Shown one piece after another: positions 49,190 through 51,589 of a stretch of 51,589 bases of DNA; the first letter of the stretch is position 1, and each line of letters begins with the position of its first letter. Origin of the DNA: an uncultured bacterium (GTDB taxonomy: Bacteria > Bacteroidota > Bacteroidia > Chitinophagales > Chitinophagaceae); contig CAJBZC010000300.1 in assembly GCA_903959965.1 (NCBI GenBank), forward strand, positions 1 through 51,589, read 5' to 3'. The notes below the pieces were generated by a model. The model did no database searches. It had not been told where the DNA came from and worked only from the letters and a program-made list of their open reading frames with translations. The position numbers and the translations under genes are program-made.

Positions 49190-50317
49190 ATGTACGATCT
49201 TTCGACCCTGTATCAAAAAGCATTGGCATTTGAGTGGCTGACAGCAGAAGAAGGTTTGTTTTTGTTCCGAGAAGCACCACTGACCGAATTGATGCAAATC
49301 GCAGATGAATTGAGGAAGATCCAGGTACCGCACGGCAAGGTTACCTGGCAGATTGACCGGAATGTGAATACCACCAACGTATGCGTGGCCAATTGTAAAT
49401 TCTGTAATTTCTATCGCATACCCGGACATGCAGATGCCTACATCACCGACATGGACACCTATCGGGTGAAAATTGAGGAAACCCTGAAATATGGGGGTGA
49501 TCAATTGCTTTTACAGGGTGGCCATCATCCTGAACTTGGACTGGCCTTTTATACAGATACTTTCCGGAAGATCAAGGATGAATTTCCTGATATTCGATTA
49601 CATGCGCTCGGGCCACCCGAAGTGGCGCATATCACCAAACTGGAGAAGTCGACCCACCGTGAAGTATTGAAGGCGCTGAAGGAAGCGGGGCTGGATTCTC
49701 TGCCGGGAGCGGGTGCGGAAATCCTGGTCGACCGCGTTCGCCGGCTGATCAGCAAAGGCAAATGTGGAGCACAGGAGTGGCTGGACGTCATGGCGGAAGC
49801 CCATCAGCAGGATATCACAACCTCTGCCACCATGATGTTCGGACATGTGGAGACCCTCGAAGAACGATTTGAGCACCTGGTGCGTATTCGCGAAGTTCAG
49901 GGCAGGAAACCGGAGCACGCGAAGGGATTCCTGGCATTCATCCCCTGGACCTTCCAGGATGTGGACACGCTGTTGACCAGGATACGCGGCGTTCAGAACC
50001 TGACGACGCCGGAAGAGTATATCCGAATGATCTCCATCAGCCGGATCATGCTGCCCAACATCAAGAACATTCAGGCATCCTGGCTGACCGTCGGAAAGAA
50101 AGTTGCTCAGATCTGCCTGCACGCCGGTGCCAATGATTTCGGCAGCATCATGATCGAAGAAAATGTGGTGAGTGCGGCTGGGGCACCGCATCGATTTACC
50201 TATAAGACCATGCAGGATGCCATCAGAGAAGCCGGGTTTGAACCTCAGCTGCGCAACCAGCAGTATGAATGGCGTGCTCTTCCCGAACACATTCAGGAAC
50301 AAGTCATTGATTATTGA
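49190..50317 (+). CDS. mqnC: Cyclic dehypoxanthine futalosine synthase (radical SAM, CofH/MqnC family)
   Basis: DRNVNTTNVCVANCKFCNF (CxxxCxxC), LLQGGHHP, SLPGAGAEIL, ATMMFGHVE, NIQASW and GSIMIEENVV. Confidence 0.88.
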   Translation: MYDLSTLYQKALAFEWLTAEEGLFLFREAPLTELMQIADELRKIQVPHGKVTWQIDRNVNTTNVCVANCKFCNFYRIPGHADAYITDMDTYRVKIEETLKYGGDQLLLQGGHHPELGLAFYTDTFRKIKDEFPDIRLHALGPPEVAHITKLEKSTHREVLKALKEAGLDSLPGAGAEILVDRVRRLISKGKCGAQEWLDVMAEAHQQDITTSATMMFGHVETLEERFEHLVRIREVQGRKPEHAKGFLAFIPWTFQDVDTLLTRIRGVQNLTTPEEYIRMISISRIMLPNIKNIQASWLTVGKKVAQICLHAGANDFGSIMIEENVVSAAGAPHRFTYKTMQDAIREAGFEPQLRNQQYEWRALPEHIQEQVIDY

Positions 50318-50382
50318 CAGAGTCATTCATCAGCGCATGTACTGATGGTGCTACTGTAAAGCTGTATTGGGCGAAAGGCAGA

Positions 50383-50673
50383 TCAATCATCAAGCCTTGT
50401 GGGTACGAGCATCTCAATAGATTCCGTGACCGTGTGTTCAGGCTGTTTCCTTAAGTACTGAATGACTTTCCCAAAAGAAAGACTATTATTCGGTAACCTT
50501 ACAGGTATCATAATAGCATTCAATGGTTCGCAGATCGATTTTCTCAACCTGGAATGACCAAAATCGATGCTCCTGATAACGGATTCAGACGGGCCGGATG
50601 CTGATCTGCGATAAATGATCAGTTTTTTCTCCTCTTGAACCTGGCGCATACGCGCAGCGATCCTCATTTTCAT
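50383..50673 (-). CDS. Hypothetical protein (96 aa), uncertain
   Basis: Free-standing ORF in an otherwise empty gap, with an upstream minus-strand TATCTTTA element at 50899-50892. No motif recognised. Confidence 0.35.
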   Translation of the reverse strand: MKMRIAARMRQVQEEKKLIIYRRSASGPSESVIRSIDFGHSRLRKSICEPLNAIMIPVRLPNNSLSFGKVIQYLRKQPEHTVTESIEMLVPTRLDD

Positions 50674-51005
50674 CAGAACTGTTGCTTTAGCCGTTCATTC
50701 CCAAATACGTGATAAACACGCATGACAGGCATGTACGGACGGATGGTTAAACAGTGATTTTGAGGAGCGACGGATCTTTAGGGGGCAGAGGTGGAGGTAA
50801 GGTCAGACACTTCAACCTTAGTTTTATCATGATTGATGCCGCTGGGGATCAATGAGGATCTTACAAATCAAGGCGTTGGTCCAATCTGAGCTAAAGATAG
50901 TGCTGATGATGCGCAATGTCAATAGGCAATCTGAGAAAAATGAAATTTCATCGCCTGGTCATTACAAGATTCCACCAGCTTAACCTTCGTGCCTCAAGCT
51001 TAGGG

Positions 51006-51013
51006 TACCTTTG
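51006..51013 (+). promoter_or_regulatory. Bacteroidota -7 promoter element
   Basis: Exact TACCTTTG, ~140 nt upstream of the ORF at 51154. Confidence 0.5.
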
Positions 51014-51153
51014 TTTAGGGCCATCACATAGATCATAGATAAGATGCTGAACAATGCCGATTTCCCAAAGCATTGGTGCATTAAAAAAAACGGTCTTTGG
51101 TGGTCATACTAAGCGAAACTACGCTTCGAAGTCAACCTATATAAACACCTCAT

Positions 51154-51589
51154 ATGCAGCTCATTCTGCAGGAAAACACCCAGCGAACCATACTCGCGGA
51201 AGATATCTGGTTATTTGAGAATGCCATCCTCAAGGATGCTGCAATACGTCCATTGTCAATATCCGGACTTTCTAAGCATATATTCCGAATAAGAGGAAAA
51301 ATGCGGGATCTGATCGGGATGGAACGCTACCCGGTTACAAAGCGGCAGTATTTACTTGATCCGTTGAATGACTCGAAAAGCATGTTTGCGATCTTAATGG
51401 GTCTTGACAAGCAAAAATATCTACCACATGCGGATCGTACATCGCATGCACGTATGATATATTTATTTGATGCCTGGCCGAAAGAATATCATCGGATCAT
51501 CAAATTTGTGAATGAGTACAGCATCGACCGTATTTTCGTCAGTGCCAGCCAATCAGCGGATGATTTGAATGCGTTGTTAAATCAAAAAA
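51154..51589 (+). CDS. Partial CDS running off the window, possibly a glycosyltransferase-like N-terminal region
   Basis: Open frame from ATG 51154 to the end (MQLILQENTQ...IYLFDAWPKEY...IDRIFVSASQSA). It is missing from the ORF track because it has no stop. The function guess is weak. Confidence 0.65.
   Translation, partial: MQLILQENTQRTILAEDIWLFENAILKDAAIRPLSISGLSKHIFRIRGKMRDLIGMERYPVTKRQYLLDPLNDSKSMFAILMGLDKQKYLPHADRTSHARMIYLFDAWPKEYHRIIKFVNEYSIDRIFVSASQSADDLNALLNQK

Noticed and set aside
49043-49504. Cys-rich N-terminal extension of the aspartyl protease in the ORF track
   Set aside because: It overlaps mqnC antisense. The signal peptide starts at ATG 49042.
1-51589. CRISPR arrays, tRNA or rRNA genes
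   Set aside because: No spaced direct repeats or recognisable structural RNA sequence were seen in the short intergenic regions by manual reading.

Overview
Chromosomal segment from a Bacteroidota bacterium, most like Chitinophagales (inferred from TAnnTTTG-type promoters, A-rich non-SD start regions, ACIII gene order and MqnC). It contains, in order: the end of an L-arabinose operon (araB-araD-araA-SSS transporter); an accessory three-gene minus-strand cassette (small secreted 4-Cys protein, GLPGLI protein, plugged outer-membrane beta-barrel); trmB-DUF5522-ATL; and a ~15.7 kb alternative complex III plus A1-type cytochrome oxidase cluster (actA-F, ctaC, ctaD, ctaB, two subunit III genes, subunit IV, SCO, DUF420). 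Next come purN, a TesA/YbbAP-like module, several amide hydrolases, a fused 2-oxoacid dehydrogenase E1, a holin-like gene, an M16 peptidase pair, an Rpn-family nuclease, a TonB-dependent receptor, an aspartyl protease-PDZ protein, mqnC and a truncated ORF at the right edge. No rRNA, tRNA or CRISPR array was seen. The best candidate for an undescribed system is the small-protein/GLPGLI/beta-barrel cassette. Its 5' leader carries 13 nt complementary to the terminator between the small gene and the downstream genes, suggesting a long-range antitermination switch. All family calls come from motif recognition by eye; no database searches were run.
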